Shown piece by piece: positions 34,715 to 35,930 of a stretch of DNA of 35,930 nt. The position numbers were made by a program, and so were the translations under genes. This DNA is from Nemertoderma westbladi (taxonomy: Eukaryota > Animalia > Xenacoelomorpha), in contig JAUCBJ010007795.1 of assembly GCA_032718475.1 (NCBI GenBank), positions 1-35,930 on the forward strand. Direction: 5' to 3'. Positions within the stretch are counted from its first letter, which is position 1. Each line of letters opens with the position of its first letter. The notes under the pieces were generated by a model. That model searched no databases and had not been told where the DNA came from. It saw only the letters and a list, made by a program, of their open reading frames with translations.

Positions 34715-35775
34715 ATTAAGAAATTCCACCAAAAATATTTTATTTTACTTTTTTCGCCGTGAAAAAATAAAACCAATGCAATCCTATTGATTACTTTTCT
34801 CCCTAGGGAAAAAGTACTCATTTTTCACTCGACTTTGAGGTATATTCAAGCGAAAAAGTAACAATTTAAGGATAAAATAATTATTTATTACCATGGGAAA
34901 AAAGTATAACTTTTTTTCACTATTCTCGATGTATTTTATTTACCAAGCGTTAGCGAGGTTAATAAAGGGTCGAGAGAATATTGGAAAAAAAAGTGCTCTA
35001 CGTTTTTTTCCCATCTAATACGTAATTTTATTCTTAAATTGGTACTTTTTGTTGCTCAATTCTTTAATATAACGTACAGCGATATAGTGGTACAAAATAT
35101 ATTGAACTATATTGCTTCCATAATTACTGCGATTCAAATTATTGTACTCTTCAACTCCTGAATGCTGCCTTACTCAATGTTAAATAATTTAGTGTTCTGA
35201 ATATTTATTTCATAACTAGAGAGCCGCTTAACAACATAAACCAATATTGGATATTGAGTTCCGTTTTGCAGTTCGCCACGCAGTCACCAAAGTTGTAATA
35301 ACTTCTGAGTTTGTGGATGGATTTTGCTCAAATTACTTGCAAACCTTTTCTACGTCGATGCTCTTTCAATATATTTAATAATATTTAAGAAATTCCACCA
35401 AAAATATTTTATTTTTATTTTTGCAGGGAAAAAAAGTAAAATCAATGCAATCCTATGGGTTTCTTTTTTCACTAGGAAAAAAGTGCAACTTCTCCTGATT
35501 TAGGGGTAAATTTGAGAATAAAAACTTTTACAAAATGAAATTAAATATGTTGCCGTTATCCCTACACCAGGGGGGAAAAACGCCGATGCTGGAGACGTGA
35601 CTTAACAGACCACCGAGCCCCGGCCAGTCACCGGATATTGATTGTGGGGAGGGAATATTTTCTGAGATGCAAGTTTGCGGTTGATAAAAAGCTGCATTAG
35701 TTGGATATACTCTTTAATGTAACTTCCTATAGTTGAAACCTGTTCAACATCATTGAAACCTGATTAAGAATAATT
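34715..35775. repeat. Hairpin-containing repeat with internal direct repeats
   Basis: Imperfect ~200-bp stem-loop 34853-35050 with agcgttagcgag loop; ttaagaaattccaccaaaaatatttt at about 34716 and 35385. Confidence 0.5.
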
Positions 35776-35930
35776 TTGGGCTTCCCCAAATCAATATACA
35801 CCAAATATTCACAATAATTATACACGATAATATAAATCCCTACGGTATATTATTTAATAACCCACTGTTCGCTCAGAATTTTAGCCTACCTAATGTTCCC
35901 CAGATTTTCCCTCGGTCCCAGTCTTAGTGT

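Overview
Animal (metazoan, probably invertebrate) genomic DNA with AT-rich, transposon-dense non-coding regions and GC-richer, intron-poor genes. Host genes: CDCA7-like (minus strand, intronless CDS), CSE1L/exportin-2 (plus strand, 2 coding exons, head-to-head with CDCA7), a myocardin/MRTF-like SAP-domain gene (plus strand, at least 4 exons, 5' exons not found), and an antisense YBEY-UTP23 pair 29 bp apart inside one MRTF-like intron. Mobile DNA includes two RTE-type LINEs, an L2-type LINE, tandem Helentron-like elements, a foldback/MULE-like element, a hAT relic, a Sola-like element, a tRNA/Deu(Nin)-domain SINE, hairpin elements and a Penelope-like inverted repeat. Most notable: (1) a probable leaky-scanning bicistronic YBEY-UTP23 unit coupling mitochondrial and nucleolar ribosome-biogenesis factors; (2) a minimal hammerhead ribozyme on the sense strand of the CSE1L intron; (3) a minisatellite that amplifies an exon/intron junction plus a CRE palindrome about 23 times. 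All calls were made by eye; no searches were run.
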